Origin: Octopus sinensis
Taxonomy: Eukaryota
Length of the DNA stretch: 64,000 nucleotides
Direction of reading: 5' to 3'
Assembly: GCF_006345805.1 (NCBI RefSeq)
Contig: NC_043003.1
Coordinates: 116,250,001-116,314,000, forward strand
Position 1 is the first letter of the stretch, and the number at the start of each line of letters is the position of its first letter. Made by a program: the position numbers and the translations under genes. The notes under the pieces were generated by a model that worked only from the letters and a program-made list of their open reading frames with translations, searched no databases and was not told where the DNA came from. Of the stretch, positions 41,981 to 54,413 are shown piece by piece.

Positions 41981-42059
41981 ATGAAAAGAGAGAATCCTTC
42001 CCTAAACCAGGACAACACCCGAGAAAGTTAATCTTTTTGTACATGAATGATGTAATCTA

Positions 42060-42455
42060 TCATAGAATGTCAGACGAACGTAAACAAAACAATTAATGCT
42101 GATTTGTACTGTTATCGATTAGAAGTATTTAAAAATCGTTCGCCGAAAAATCGTCCATAACTGTTCAATCCCAAGTAGATATTGCTTTTAGACGACAGGA
42201 ATAGTCTATGGCAATAAATATGGAAGATGTACTTCATTCTTTTGCTCTCCTCACAGCTCCGTCTAACAATCATCTTTTCAGATTTTTTGCTCTCTCATTT
42301 AGAGGGATAACAGATTATTTATTGCGAATAGGTTATGAATGATATTAAGTGATTAGTTGCTTCGAAGCCCGAGATGCTTTACGCCTATGGTATCATCAAT
42401 TATCTAAATAGATAGGATTATGTTATCAATTATGAGCGAAAATATTTTCATTAAA
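42060..42455 (+). mobile_element. Highly degenerate mariner transposase C-terminal remnant
   Basis: APSNNHLFRF-like and GIINYLNR*DYVINYERKYFH* segments resemble PSDYHLF and GI..L..RW..VI...G.YF. Confidence 0.45.
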
Positions 42456-42536
42456 TATTTCAATTAAATCCAAAGGATCTTTTGTTTGCTTCCCATCTTC
42501 AAATGCGAAAGGAGATTCTTTCCAAACTCTCTCTCG

Positions 42537-42668
<132 letters not shown>

Positions 42669-42669
42669 T

Positions 42670-43940
42670 GTATGCGCTTGCGAAATTGAGGCAACCGAAG
42701 TTTCGGGCTTTAATAACTATCAATAAATGTGATAAAATATGAAAATTGAAGATCATTATAAAAATTGAATGTCTTCATTTGGTTTCAGACTAAATAAATT
42801 CAGATTTGTAAATTAGATAATGGCTCTAGACCAAAATACAATCATAACCCTCCACAAAGTAGGCGAAAGTAACACAGCTATAACAACATTTTTTTAATTT
42901 ACCGAACATCATAGTGGAAAATTGCCAAAATTTTCTAAAGCGACTACGTTCCACCGCTGATCGACCTGGATGCGGTTAAAAAAAAGGGTGCGGAGCCCTG
43001 AGCTTATCAGATGTACCAGAGAAAAGATACGGTCAAATTCTCGCCCGTCCGTCAGGAAACTGGCTGCCACAGCAAAATTAAGCCGCAAATCGATGTATCG
43101 AGTGCTGAAGGGGAATCTCAGGATCCACCCCTACAGAATGGTCCATTCCCATCAGCTCATGCAAGACTGGAGAGAATTCGCCTTACCCAGCGCCAGATTA
43201 CTGAAGTTACGCTGTTCAACCTAACGTACACTGCTGAAAAGAAACTTGACATCGAACAGACAGTAAACCACCAGAATGACCGTTTTGGGAGGGTATCTGG
43301 CTCCGTCGAGAGAAGACTTGTAAATCGACGTCAAAATCCAGTCAATTAAGGTTTCGGCGGCTGTGACAGCTACGGAAAAGTTTACCCTCCTTTTAGTTCC
43401 TTCGGGAGTTAAAATTAACACCCAGCAATATATTAGCGACATTCTGGAAGCTGAGCTCCTTCCATGGGTGATTGAGCGCTTTCAAGGCGAACCTTAGACC
43501 CTACAACAGGACTCGGAACCATCCCAGAGCTCTAATCAGACACAACATTGGATTCGGGAAAAACATTATGTCGTTCATAGGCAAGGACGTATGGCCCTTA
43601 TGAAACCCCAATCTCAATCCATTGAATTTTTCTCTTTCGTCCATTTTGGAGACGAGGGTCTTGAGCACTCCTCATGCTTCGCTCGATGCTCTGAAGGCTA
43701 AACTGTGCCAGGAATGGGTTTCGATTCTGAAAGAATAGCTGCGTGCCATGTGTGAAGCATTCACACCTAGACTTCAGGCTATAATTCGTAACAGAGGTGG
43801 TCATATCGAACAGGTATGGTAGTGTCATAATTGTGTTTTCTTTACCATCGCATTGCAATGCTCGGACTTGAAATATAACGATATTTTGCCTTGACAAAAT
43901 TGAAAGAATTTAGTTGCCTTAATTTTGGGACACACTGTAT
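42670..43940 (+). mobile_element. Tc1/mariner superfamily element, probably maT/DD37D-like, defective
   Basis: HTH region RSNSRPSVRKLA, GVKINTQQYISDILE, LQQDSEPS and PNLNPLNFSLSSILE; TIR remnants AAATTGAGGCAAC (~42682) and GTTGCCTTAATTT (~43913). Confidence 0.8.
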
Positions 43941-44054
43941 GTGTATGTGTGCATTTGTGTGTATGTGTGTGTGTGCATACGGATAGACAGGTGGACGGAC
44001 GGAGGTATGGATACACACGCACACATGCACACACACATATACACACACACATAT

Positions 44055-44215
44055 ATCTTCCCTTCTTTGGATCTTTCCTTTTTCTATGTTTCTGACGAAG
44101 AGCTCCGCTCGAAACGTAAACCCTCCTTCTTTCCAGAGCGTCCAATAATACTATACTTGTTCCACGTCCTCGCATTGTTGTGTTTTTTCTTTGTGTTTTC
44201 ATGTTTGGATTAACT
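44055..44215 (+). mobile_element. PLE-derived terminal fragment containing a minimal hammerhead (44088-44121)
   Basis: GTTT-CTGACGA-A-GAGC-TCC-GCTC-GAAACGTA-AAC, with canonical core; the downstream AATAATACT...TTGT resembles the PLE 3' UTR. Confidence 0.7.
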
Positions 44216-44399
44216 ATGTATGTATGTATGCATGCATAACTATTTATGTGTGTATTTGTCTGGAGAAGCATTTCGGGGGCTAATGAAAGTGGAGTAAATA
44301 TTGTCTTCCACAGAATTCCTATGTGATTCCCCTTTTTACTACAACTTTAATTACAAATAAGCAGACGCATTTTTACCTGTGAAATAAACCAAAATTTTA

Positions 44400-45156
44400 C
44401 ATACTTACACTTTTACTGCCTTCGAATTATTCCTCGTTTGAAGAAATGTATCGGTCCAGAGACGTTTTACACTCTTGGAATTAGTGCTGGAACTCTTGCG
44501 AAGTGATGCCTTTTAATGCATCCGATGTTTTTTTCTTCACCTTTTTCACATTTGCAAATTCCGTAGCACCAGCTTTTGTCACCAGTGATAAAACGCATTC
44601 AACCGTGTCTCCTTTAGTTCTCAGGAAGCAAGTGAGACACAAATTTTGCTGCAACTCTTTTCATTCGCAATTCCTCGCTCAAAATTTGTTGGTACGAGAT
44701 CCATTACACACCAATCATATCAACAAGTTCGTCAAGTCTTCAAGATAATTTCATGAATTTTCATTCGTTCAGGAGGTCGGCGGTTGCCCTGCACGAAGTT
44801 GGTCTTTGAACGACAGGTGACCATCCCTAAAGAGTGAAACTCACTCATGAATTTGTGTTTTGCTCATGGCAGCGGCCTTGTAAGCTGTTTGAAGTTTGAC
44901 AGCTGTTTCTGCCGCTGTTTTTCCCAGCGGAAAATAGAATTTCACAGAAGGACGCCGTCCCTTCGTTTCAGCTATCGCAAAAATCGATAAATAAGGGAGA
45001 AGCACTGCAAAACAAAGACGCACCACATGGCAATACGATCCCAGAAGGACAACGTCGGTCGGCAGACTAATGCCAGTGGACCGCATCAAGCGGCTTCTAG
45101 CAGCGGAAGCCCGAACCACAGAGAACATTTCCTTTACTTTTGTGTACCCTCTCGTA
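44400..45156 (-). mobile_element. Internally deleted mariner element
   Basis: N-terminal RPSVKFYFPLGKTAAETAVKLQTAY..AMSKTQIHE; terminus TACGAGAGGGTACACAAAAGT; C-terminal remnant near 44410-44560. Confidence 0.7.
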
Positions 45157-46757
45157 CATTCACATGCATCTATATTGTGGATCCTCACCCAATATCTAAC
45201 TGTTTTATAATAAGAAACCTTTTCATATGTAACAAGCAACCGACGGAGAGAAGGAAATTTCTGCCCATGTTTTCCTTTCACATAACTAAACTTGTAGAAG
45301 ATTACATTAATCTACAATAATTAAATTCTCAGTTAATTCTTTTTCTTATAAATACATCCTACTTGTTCATTTATTCTAACCTTTCAACCTGAACAAATTA
45401 TAAGCCAAATGTTGCTTTGAACAGAAAGTTTCAAATGCTTACTTCGGCTTCTATTAATCTCTAACTCCCTTTACAGTTCGAATATCGTCAACGCTCAGTA
45501 AATAAACAAGACTACAGTACTATTTTGGACCGCAAAATATTTATTCTTCTTAATCCCTAAACTATTTCTAAACATAGCTGATAAAGATGTAACTTCTGGC
45601 AGCATAATGAATCCAAAAAAAGAAAACTCAAATATAGACAATGTCGTCTCGGAAATGTTTTGTCTGCTGCGAAATTACTATTATTTTTGAATCGTATTTG
45701 TGGTGTGAAAATCAATACAATATAGATAATGATGAAGATAGGTAACGTACAGTTAGTTGCCTTAATGGAAAATTCAAAATAGAAAAACTTTCAATGACGT
45801 ATCAAGGGATATAATGGAGAAAACAACCTTTTGTGTAAATGTCATTTGAAACATTAAATTATTTTCTATGAATGTGTTTACGTATATTTCGGCCATTTTG
45901 ACCAAATTTATTTACGGATATAATGCGAAGAAGCCATTATTTCTTTCTTTCTGTTACTTGACAGCATTTAGCCACTCACAATGATTTATTTAATTAATTA
46001 GAAAACAAACAAACAGAATAACCAAACTTAAGCATATTATCCGTGTTGATAATTTACATTAAGATAACAAAGTTTAATGAGATTTCGCCATGTTTAATTA
46101 AATTGAGAAAGAAGCCAGTAAACATAATATAATTGAAAGAGAAACAAAGGAAACCAGCGTTTCACAGATTCTAGCTATAGACACATATACACAGAGTCTG
46201 TAGATGCAAACACACACACGCATCGCTCTTGGCAAATATTTTCACAAATATAACTTTGTTAACACACTGCTATCTATACTGCAACTTACACAGACATTAT
46301 TGTGTAACTAATAAGGCATCTAATTTTCTTTTATTGATGAACGCAGCAAAGTAAAACTACTCTTACGTGATATGTGACTGTCGTGCAAGGACAAGAAAAA
46401 AATGTTCAAGTTTGATTAAAACCAGGAGGCATAAAAGTATGGAACAAATAATAAAACGGAAAGCTTAATCTAAAACTCGATGGAAGGAGTTTTCGTCAAA
46501 AGTGATGTTTGATTTGAATAAGAAAAAAAAATAAAACGGAATTATTTCTACAACTCAGCAGGAATAATTCACAAAAATGTTATCATAAATAAATAAATAA
46601 TATTAAATAATATTAACAACTCGAAGACACAAAGAGAATGGTTTTTTAATATTTTAAAATCACTGAAAGACACATTTACAAATTATTTAAACAGAAAGAA
46701 TTCGCTGTTAAGAAATATGCATGCATGCATAAACATGTATTTATAGTTATCTGTGTG

Positions 46758-47135
46758 CGCAGGCGTGGCTGCGTGGTGAGCTGCTTGCTCTTCAACCACA
46801 TGGTTCCTAGTTTAGTCCGACTGCAAAATATCTTGGGCAACTGTCTTCTATTATAACCTCGAGCCGACTAAAACCTTGTGAGTGGATGTGGCAGGCGGAA
46901 ACTGAAAGAAGCATGTAGTTTATGTATGTGCATATATGTGTGTGTGTATATGTGTGTGTCTTTGTGCCTATGTTCGCGTATTTGCATCGAGACGCAACTT
47001 AGCGGTTCGGCAAAATCGAACGATATAATATGTACTAGGCTTTAAAGACAGATGATTACTGGGGTCGATTCGTTCGACTAAAATCCTTCAAGGTAATGCG
47101 CCATCAAGGCCGCAATCTAATGACTGGTACAATAA
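46758..47135 (+). mobile_element. Degenerate family A SINE
   Basis: Diverged head and tail motifs. Confidence 0.75.
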
Positions 47136-47327
47136 AATATATAGATTATAAAAGACAAATGATCTGCATATAACCATATATCCATGTAAATATATATGTT
47201 TGCAAATTATACACACTTACACACACACAGACGTATACATATATGGATTCATGTGCGTGGGTCAGTGAATATACCCTTGGTAACACTTTTAAGCACCACT
47301 TGTATTAAGGTGTCTGATTGCATCATC

Positions 47328-47448
47328 GGCATTGGTCGGCCCGAGGCTATAGCAGAAGACACTTGCCCAAGATGCCACGCAGTGAGACTGAACCTGGAAC
47401 CATGTGGTTGGTAAGCAAGCAACTTACCACACAGACACTCCTGCACCT
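47328..47448 (-). mobile_element. Family A SINE head fragment
   Basis: Reverse complement of the family A head. Confidence 0.8.
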
Positions 47449-48074
47449 ATATGTATATCTTCTGTCGATTTTTTATTCGTGAAAGGCAATAATTGCATAT
47501 TTTTACGCCTTACATATTGATGATTACATAACTATTTATTATAGACGCAACTATTTATGATAGATGATTAAATAACTATTTATAATAGACACAGACACAG
47601 CATACTTTCCCATATTATTAGCAAGAAAAGACGCTAAGAATCACCAAAGCATTAATCAAGAAAATTAATAAACTCTTTGAAATACTGATTGAAATATTTA
47701 TATACAAAGCACAAAATATTTAATATACAAAAATACATAAATATGAATATGATTGTGTATGGATCCATGTGAGTGTTTGTGCGTTGAATCGAAAGGACAG
47801 GAAAGGCATTAAAACATGCGTCTGAGCAGCAAATTTATTGACATATTATTTCTTTCAATCTGTGTCCAACAATATAGGAGAACATATAAGATTATTGAAT
47901 AAGTTGTTCACGTCACTTTGCTGCATCCTTAGAAAATATTTCATCACAGCTTTATAAGGCGATGCGTTTGACTGGAATAACGGTAGCATGCCAAATTGTA
48001 TGGCGCAGTGTGTTAATAATATATTTGTTACGTTTGTGCCCCCTGTTTTATTGCTATAATTACGCCAGGTTGAA

Positions 48075-48555
48075 GGCGGCGAGCTGGCAGAATCGTTAGC
48101 ACGCCGGGTGAAATGCGTAGCCGTATTTCGTCTGCCGTTACGTTCTGAGTTCAAATTCCTCCGAGGTCGACTTTGCCTTTCATCCTTTCGGGGTTGATAA
48201 ATAAAGTACCAGTTACGCACTGGGGTCGATGTAATCGACTCAATTCCTTTGTCTGTCCTTGTTTGTCCCCTCCATGTTTAGCCCCTTGTAGGTAGTAAAA
48301 AAATATATAATTACGCCACGTTGAAGGCGGCGAGTTGGCAGAGACGTTAGAGCGCTGGGCGAAATGCTTAGTGGTATTTCGTCTGCAGTTACGTTCTGCG
48401 TTCAAATTCCGCCGAGGTTGACTTTGCATTTCATCCTTTCGGGGTCGATAAATAAAGTACCAGTTACGCACTGGGGTCGATGTAATCGACTTAATCCCTT
48501 TGTTTGTCTTTGTTTGCCCTCTCTATGTTTAGCCCCTCGTGAGCAATAAAGAAAT
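48075..48555 (+). mobile_element. Two tandem family B tRNA-derived SINEs
   Basis: GGCGGCGAGCTGGCAGA...GTTCAAATTCC...GCCTTTCATCCTTTCGGGGTCGATAAA; units start at 48075 and 48326. Confidence 0.9.
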
Positions 48556-48798
48556 ATATAATTACGCCACGTTAAACGTACCAATAAATCGTTGGTTACT
48601 TTTCGATTTTCTGAATCGTTTAGTATGAGTCTGAACCGTTATAATCTGTTTTTGTTAACCTGAGTTTTTCGAAGTATTCTGATTAACTAACACTTGCGAT
48701 GTGATTCGTTTCTGAATTGCCATAATCTCTTTAGTAGATCCCCCTTATCTTTCGTTTAGCTATCTACACATCTATCAGTGCTCACGCTCATGTTATTT

Positions 48799-49092
48799 GT
48801 TCCTTCTCGAGCCATGCCTGGCTCATAAGGGCCGGTTTCCCAGTTTCTTGGCGTATAGGTCCCCCACCTGGACGGGACGCCGGTCCGTCGCAGGTGAGCT
48901 ACAAGATGCAGGAGGAAAGAGCGAGAGTAAGTTGTGGCGAAAGAGTCAGAAGTTCGCCATTACCTTCTGCAGGAGCCGTGTGGAGCTTAGGTGTTTCGCT
49001 CATAAACACACACATCATTCGGTCTAAAGATTCGAACCCGCGATCCCTCGACCGCGAGTCCGCTGCTCTAACCACTAGGCCATGTGCCTCCA
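48799..49092 (-). mobile_element. Family C-headed SINE with tail type 3
   Basis: Head GGCACATGGCCTAGTGGTTAGAGCAGCGGACTCGCGG; tail shared with 8380-8475. Confidence 0.8.
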
Positions 49093-49623
49093 CTCACGCT
49101 CGTGTGTGTGCGTGTATACGTTTCAAGACGCTCTTGTTCACTTCGAGTGACATGTAACCCAGTATAAACTGTTGTATGGTCGGAGTGTCGACGACCAAGC
49201 CATCTACCCCACCAATCTTGCTTGGTGGGGTGGGTGAGTGATTTTGAATGAAAACCAAGGATTGTCAAAGTGTGAAGGAATTCATGATAGTGAACAGCCA
49301 TGCAATATATTCAAGATGCTAATCACCGATGGTGGTGAAACCATTCCAACTAAACGGAACACACTGAAATAGAAACCGTGCAACAAGAAATTGCAACCCA
49401 CATCTGATATCACGTCATCTCCTCGGTAATTTCCAGACTTCTATGGCAAAGTGAATTGTGTCATGGTGATGTTTTCTCACAGACGGTACCCAACTGATCC
49501 TACTATACTGTGTAGTCAGCATAATCAAAAACAATGGGCATGCGTGAAATTGAAAATACAAAATGGCCACAATTTACCCATGGCTCCCTATGTGTGTGTA
49601 TGAGTGTGTGTGTGTACTTATAT

Positions 49624-49660
<37 letters not shown>

Positions 49661-50245
49661 TACACAAACTTAAATTAGTGGGATTTTTCAACATATATAC
49701 TGCATAATACTTTTGTCGAGATGCTCTCCTTTACATCGAAACAAACTTCTCAACAGTTGATGAAGTGTATCCCAGACTTCCATATTCATTGGGGTATGTT
49801 TTCTTTAGTAAAAGTTCATGGAGTTTATTCCACATTATAGCCGTAGACAATGCAATAACAAAGAATACAATATCTTTGGAAATATAATGTAAAAGATATA
49901 TTTATATATAACATTAATAGAGACAGGAATACTTTTTGTTATTAGTAATGTACAATATAACTCACGATTTGTTTATTCAGTGAATCGTCTCGATGTGAGT
50001 TTCACTTTATATTTGAACCATATATACACTCAGCGATCTTCCATCATGGCCATACCATTCTCTGGACATTTATTTCACAGACAAATTTATCTTCTTACCA
50101 CTGACTTTATATAAACATTAATCTTAGATATAATTCAAAATATCTTCCGTTATACGCAGTTTCCAACTCTTACAACCAAACAGATACAAAGAGAGTAAAC
50201 CGACAGAAGAAATTTATTTAACGAAGAGAAAATGTACAGACGCTG

Positions 50246-50299
<54 letters not shown>

Positions 50300-50362
50300 T
50301 ATATACACACATATATATATATACATATATATATACCATATATATAAAATAAATAATAAATA

Positions 50363-50408
<46 letters not shown>

Positions 50409-50457
50409 ATATATATATACACATATATATATAATATATATATATAATTATATATAT

Positions 50458-50496
<39 letters not shown>

Positions 50497-50501
<5 letters not shown>

Positions 50502-50808
50502 CGTGATCACTGTGGGCGACCAGGCTATCAGATGTTGCTACACATCGCTGGTCACAATGCATTTCACATTGTTTTAGCCTTCAAATGACGCCACCCTGCT
50601 GGCTAAGTGAGCAGGCCAACAGAAGAATGTGTAAGAGAAAGTTGTGGCGAAAGAGTACAGCTGGGATCGCCACCATCCCCTGCCGGAGCTTCGTGGAGCA
50701 TTAGGCGTTTTCGCTCAATAAACACTCACAACACCCGGTCTGAGAATCGAAACTGCGATCCTACAACCGCGAGTCCGCTGCGCAAACAACTGGGCCATTG
50801 CGCCTCCA
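50497..50808 (-). mobile_element. tRNA-derived SINE, family C (tail type 2)
   Basis: Reverse-complement match to 34579-34878. Confidence 0.85.
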
Positions 50809-50877
50809 TATATATATATATATAATATATATTATATATATATATAATTATATATATATATATATATATAATATATA

Positions 50878-50908
<31 letters not shown>

Positions 50909-51296
50909 ATATACATATGTGTGTGTGTATTCTTTCTTTATTTGCGAATTAAATGTAACGTTGGTTTTATGTTAAGAAAAGTAAGAAAATATCCAAGAAA
51001 TCTATATGAACGAAGAGAGAATGTACAGAGGCTGATATATAATATATATATATATATATAAACATATATATAAAACAAAAATGAAAGTGGATGACGAATT
51101 TTTGTAGGAAAATTTCTTTGTCATACGAATAAAAAATGCATAAAAATATTGATCGACATGTTAGGTTTCAAGTGCTGCAGTATAGCAATCCAAAGAAAAG
51201 CAGTATTACAAGATTTTACGATCGTTTCGAGAAAAAGCGTTTGTATTGGGCGAGTTTTCCAGTCGATACATATAGTCGCATTTCTTAATATGTATA

Positions 51297-51505
51297 TCGC
51301 CATGTTGATTCCCTAGCTTCTGCACGCATTTTTTTCTCTCCTTGTTTCTCTCTGTGTTTCTTTTCTGTGTATCTTTCTGTTGAAGAGCGTAGGCTCGAAA
51401 CGTAAAAGCCTTGTTTTATTTATATTCCTGAGCGCCATACTAATACAATTGTTTGTTTGTATTCCACCTGCCTTCGTCTTTTGTTTATTTTCATAAAGCT
51501 TCCCG

Positions 51506-51508
<3 letters not shown>
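51297..51508 (+). mobile_element. Solo PLE 3'-end fragment with minimal hammerhead (51372-51408)
   Basis: Reverse-complement match to 19084-19296; CTTT-CTGTTGA-A-GAGCGTAGGCTC-GAAACGTA-AAAG. Confidence 0.88.
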
Positions 51509-51558
<50 letters not shown>

Positions 51559-51560
<2 letters not shown>

Positions 51561-52043
51561 AATATTAAAGGAAATAGAGAAATACAGTTGACATATTAAG
51601 AATTTATTTACATTATAATATATATTATACAAAGATATAATATAACAATTAATTAAAACAAATATATAACCTACAATTTGGTTCGACTCATATTCACAAA
51701 TGAATTTATGCACATGATTCTCCTCAGGATGCTATTTATTCAAAAAACCAGGCAAATAATTTCCATAGTGGATATCAGTCGAAACAGATTGGTGAATTTA
51801 TATTCGTTCTTTTTATATTATATTATATATTTTATCTTTCACCCAAAGAGAATAGTATTTCATATCTGTGAAGATGGTGAAGGATTTGTATGCATCTCTT
51901 CCCAGACACATTGAAGTAATTATTCAAGCTACACGAATTATAAACGCGAAATATTATATCTTTTTATAGTATATCATATTGTATTATAATGTAAATAAAT
52001 TTTTAATATGTTAATTATATTTCTCTATTTCCTTAAATATTTG
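51559..52043. repeat. Imperfect AT-rich inverted repeat (arms ~51559-51643 and ~51951-52043)
   Basis: AAGGAAATAGAGAAATA...AATTTATTTACATTATAATA is mirrored in the right arm. Confidence 0.75.
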
Positions 52044-52097
52044 AGTATTGTAATTATACCCTTTCATTTCTCGTATTTAAGTGGAGTACCAGCGAAA

Positions 52098-52264
52098 GAG
52101 GAAGAGGAAGAGGCCGACCAAGAACCCGCTGGCTTGACACCATCAGGAGTGATACCGGAATGGACATAGCCAATCTGAAAGAAGCGGCCCAGGATAGAAC
52201 TGACTGCAGGATGCTGATCCATCGAGTAACCGAGAGTCGACTTCGACTAAGCGGATAGAGAGAG
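52098..52264 (+). mobile_element. RTE-clade LINE 3' fragment with target-site duplication (TSD)
   Basis: RGRGRPRTRWLDTIRSDTGMDIANLKEAAQDRTDCRMLIHRVTESRLRLSG*; (GA)n tail; TSD ACCAGCGAAA at 52088-52097 and 52265-52274. Confidence 0.88.
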
Positions 52265-52342
52265 ACCAGCGAAAATTCAATGTTTTCTATATCATTAAAG
52301 GAAATAATGGATATTTTCCTTGGTTATGTATACACACGCACG

Positions 52343-52375
<33 letters not shown>

Positions 52376-52887
52376 TTATGTATGTATGTATGTATGCATG
52401 TATGTATGTATGTATGTATTATTACAGTAATATCAGCACCAAGCAGTGTTTAAGCATAAGCGTAGTTTAGTTTAAGTTAGTTAAAATATGTTTGGGACAT
52501 ATTCCAACTGCTAAAGACAAATGTATTTCAGCTGCTGGGGTAGGAGTCGGAAATCCTCTCTTGTGGTTAAAATTAGTGTAAAGACAGTATATCTGTCCAG
52601 TCCTGCCACCTGACAGATAACCAGAAATCGATACATTTAGCTTCTCAGCCGGTGTCAATGGGAAATACCAAAGATAGGCGAGTCTTGACAATCGTGCAAT
52701 TTAAAAATTGGATATCGAACTACCGCTATTTAAAGCTAAGTTGTATTGTATCCGGTTTATTGTATTCGTACCATTTCGCATGAGACAAGAGTTTGGGAAT
52801 GTTACAGAGTACATGCGATAAAACAAACCCGCATGTTTTGTATTAACTGTTATGCATTTAAAACTTATGTATTCACACACACACACA

Positions 52888-52920
<33 letters not shown>

Positions 52921-52924
<4 letters not shown>

Positions 52925-53537
52925 TTAACAATTAAGGATAACTTCTTAATAAGGAATCTTAACAAGAAATTATCAGGTAGATAGCGTGAAAAACCTCATA
53001 AGAGAAAAATTTCGAAAATAATTCTTTCTTATTGAACATATTAATTTATATATAGAGGGCATTATTATACATACATGCCTCACGCTAAGAGGGACATCAG
53101 TCATTTCTACCAAAAAATTTTACTAATCATACCCAATGCAATTTTTCAAAGCAAGACATTTAAAAAATGAATTTAGTCTTGTATCACCTGTGATTTCGTA
53201 CTTACCGCAGAATTGCGACCGTACTCATCAGCAAGACTGATTCTGAATATATCATAAATAAACGACCTGTACCGTCGAAGTCGAACAGCCATCTGCTCTC
53301 TCCCAACGAAGCACATGGAGAAGTTTACATATTATACATCCGGTAAATGGCGGGCTTCTTCGAATTGCATTTCGGATAGGAAAAGTTTTTTCGGAATAAA
53401 TTTAAATTTAACAATTAAGGATAACTTCTTAATAAGGAATCTTAACAAGAAATTATCAGGTAGATAGCGTGAAAAACCTCATAAGAGAAACATTTCGAAA
53501 ATAATTCTTTCTCATTGAACATATTAATTTATATATA
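52921..53537 (-). mobile_element. Non-coding retrozyme-like or PLE-derived unit: ~133-bp direct repeats (starting 52921 and 53404) around a hammerhead
   Basis: Near-identical direct repeats with a period of 483 bp, embedded in (TA)n; no ORF. Confidence 0.7.
53175..53238 (-). ncRNA. Canonical type I hammerhead ribozyme
   Basis: AGTCTTG-CTGATGA-GTAC-ggtcgcaattctgcggtaa-GTAC-GAA-ATCAC-ag-GTGAT-A-CAAGACT; all core nucleotides and all three stems are present. Confidence 0.88.
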
Positions 53538-53540
53538 TAT

Positions 53541-53707
53541 ACTTTATAATAGGGTTCAGCAAAGATTTGCTTTACCAGATACCGAAGTTTAGAAATAGCA
53601 GCCAAGGAACCTTAGCTATTTCCTCTACTTTAAAAAGGTTCTTTGGATGCTATTTCTAAACTTCGGTATGTGGTAAAGCAAATCTTTGTTGAACCCTATC
53701 ATAAAGT
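53541..53707. repeat. Long hairpin (~73-bp arms, ~20-nt loop)
   Basis: ACTTTATAATAGGGTTCAGCAAAGATTTGCTTTACC...GGAACCTT and its reverse complement, with about 5 mismatches. Confidence 0.9.
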
Positions 53708-53869
53708 ATTACTTTAGTTTACCGTGAAATGGTCCTTTTTCATGCCGAATTCTACTTGGTGAAATTATTGATTACTGGTTAATTAATTAATTTTATCCTT
53801 TGCTATTATATATATATATGAATGGTTTGCAATGCATTATTTTTCATATGTTGTGTGATGTTTTGCTTT

Positions 53870-54258
53870 CTTACGGAAAGTGTTATCGTATTGAAAGATT
53901 GGCAAACTCAGAACACTGACTTAAATATTATTGAGCAAATGTTAACTGGACTAAAAAGAAAAGTTTGTCAGAGGAATCCACGCAATCTTGAAGAGTTGTG
54001 GGACCTCCGCCAGAGAAAATAGCATTTCATATCTGTGAAGATGGGGAAGGATTTGTACGCATCTCTTCCCAGGCACGTTGAAGCAATTATTCAAGCTAAT
54101 AGAAGCCACACGAAATATTAACAATGTACAGTAACTTCATGAAATGAAAATTATGTAATCAATTTTTGTTATAGACATTTTTCTGTTTTAAAACACTGTG
54201 TCTTGATTGGTGTGAAGTGACAGAAAACGTTTGCTTTGCCATTTTGCACGGTACTATA
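53870..54258 (+). mobile_element. Tc1-family transposase C-terminus and right TIR remnant
   Basis: DWQTQNTDLNIIEQMLTGLKRKV...LYASLPRHVEAIIQANRSHTKY*; end TTTTGCACGGTACTATA. Confidence 0.8.
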
Positions 54259-54359
54259 TATGATATCCTGCTTTACGTATATGCAGCTGCATCTTCCTTA
54301 CATGTGTGCGTGTGTGAGTGCATATATATATATATAATATATATATATATATACATATA

Positions 54360-54413
<54 letters not shown>

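Noticed and set aside
48055-48573. CRISPR-like repeat-spacer appearance
   Set aside because: The 'spacers' are 234-bp homologous SINEs in a eukaryotic context, with no cas genes.
51205-51296. Hammerhead 3' half on the minus strand (GAAACGATCGTA)
   Set aside because: No CUGANGA box found; it may have been removed by the adjacent PLE fragment.
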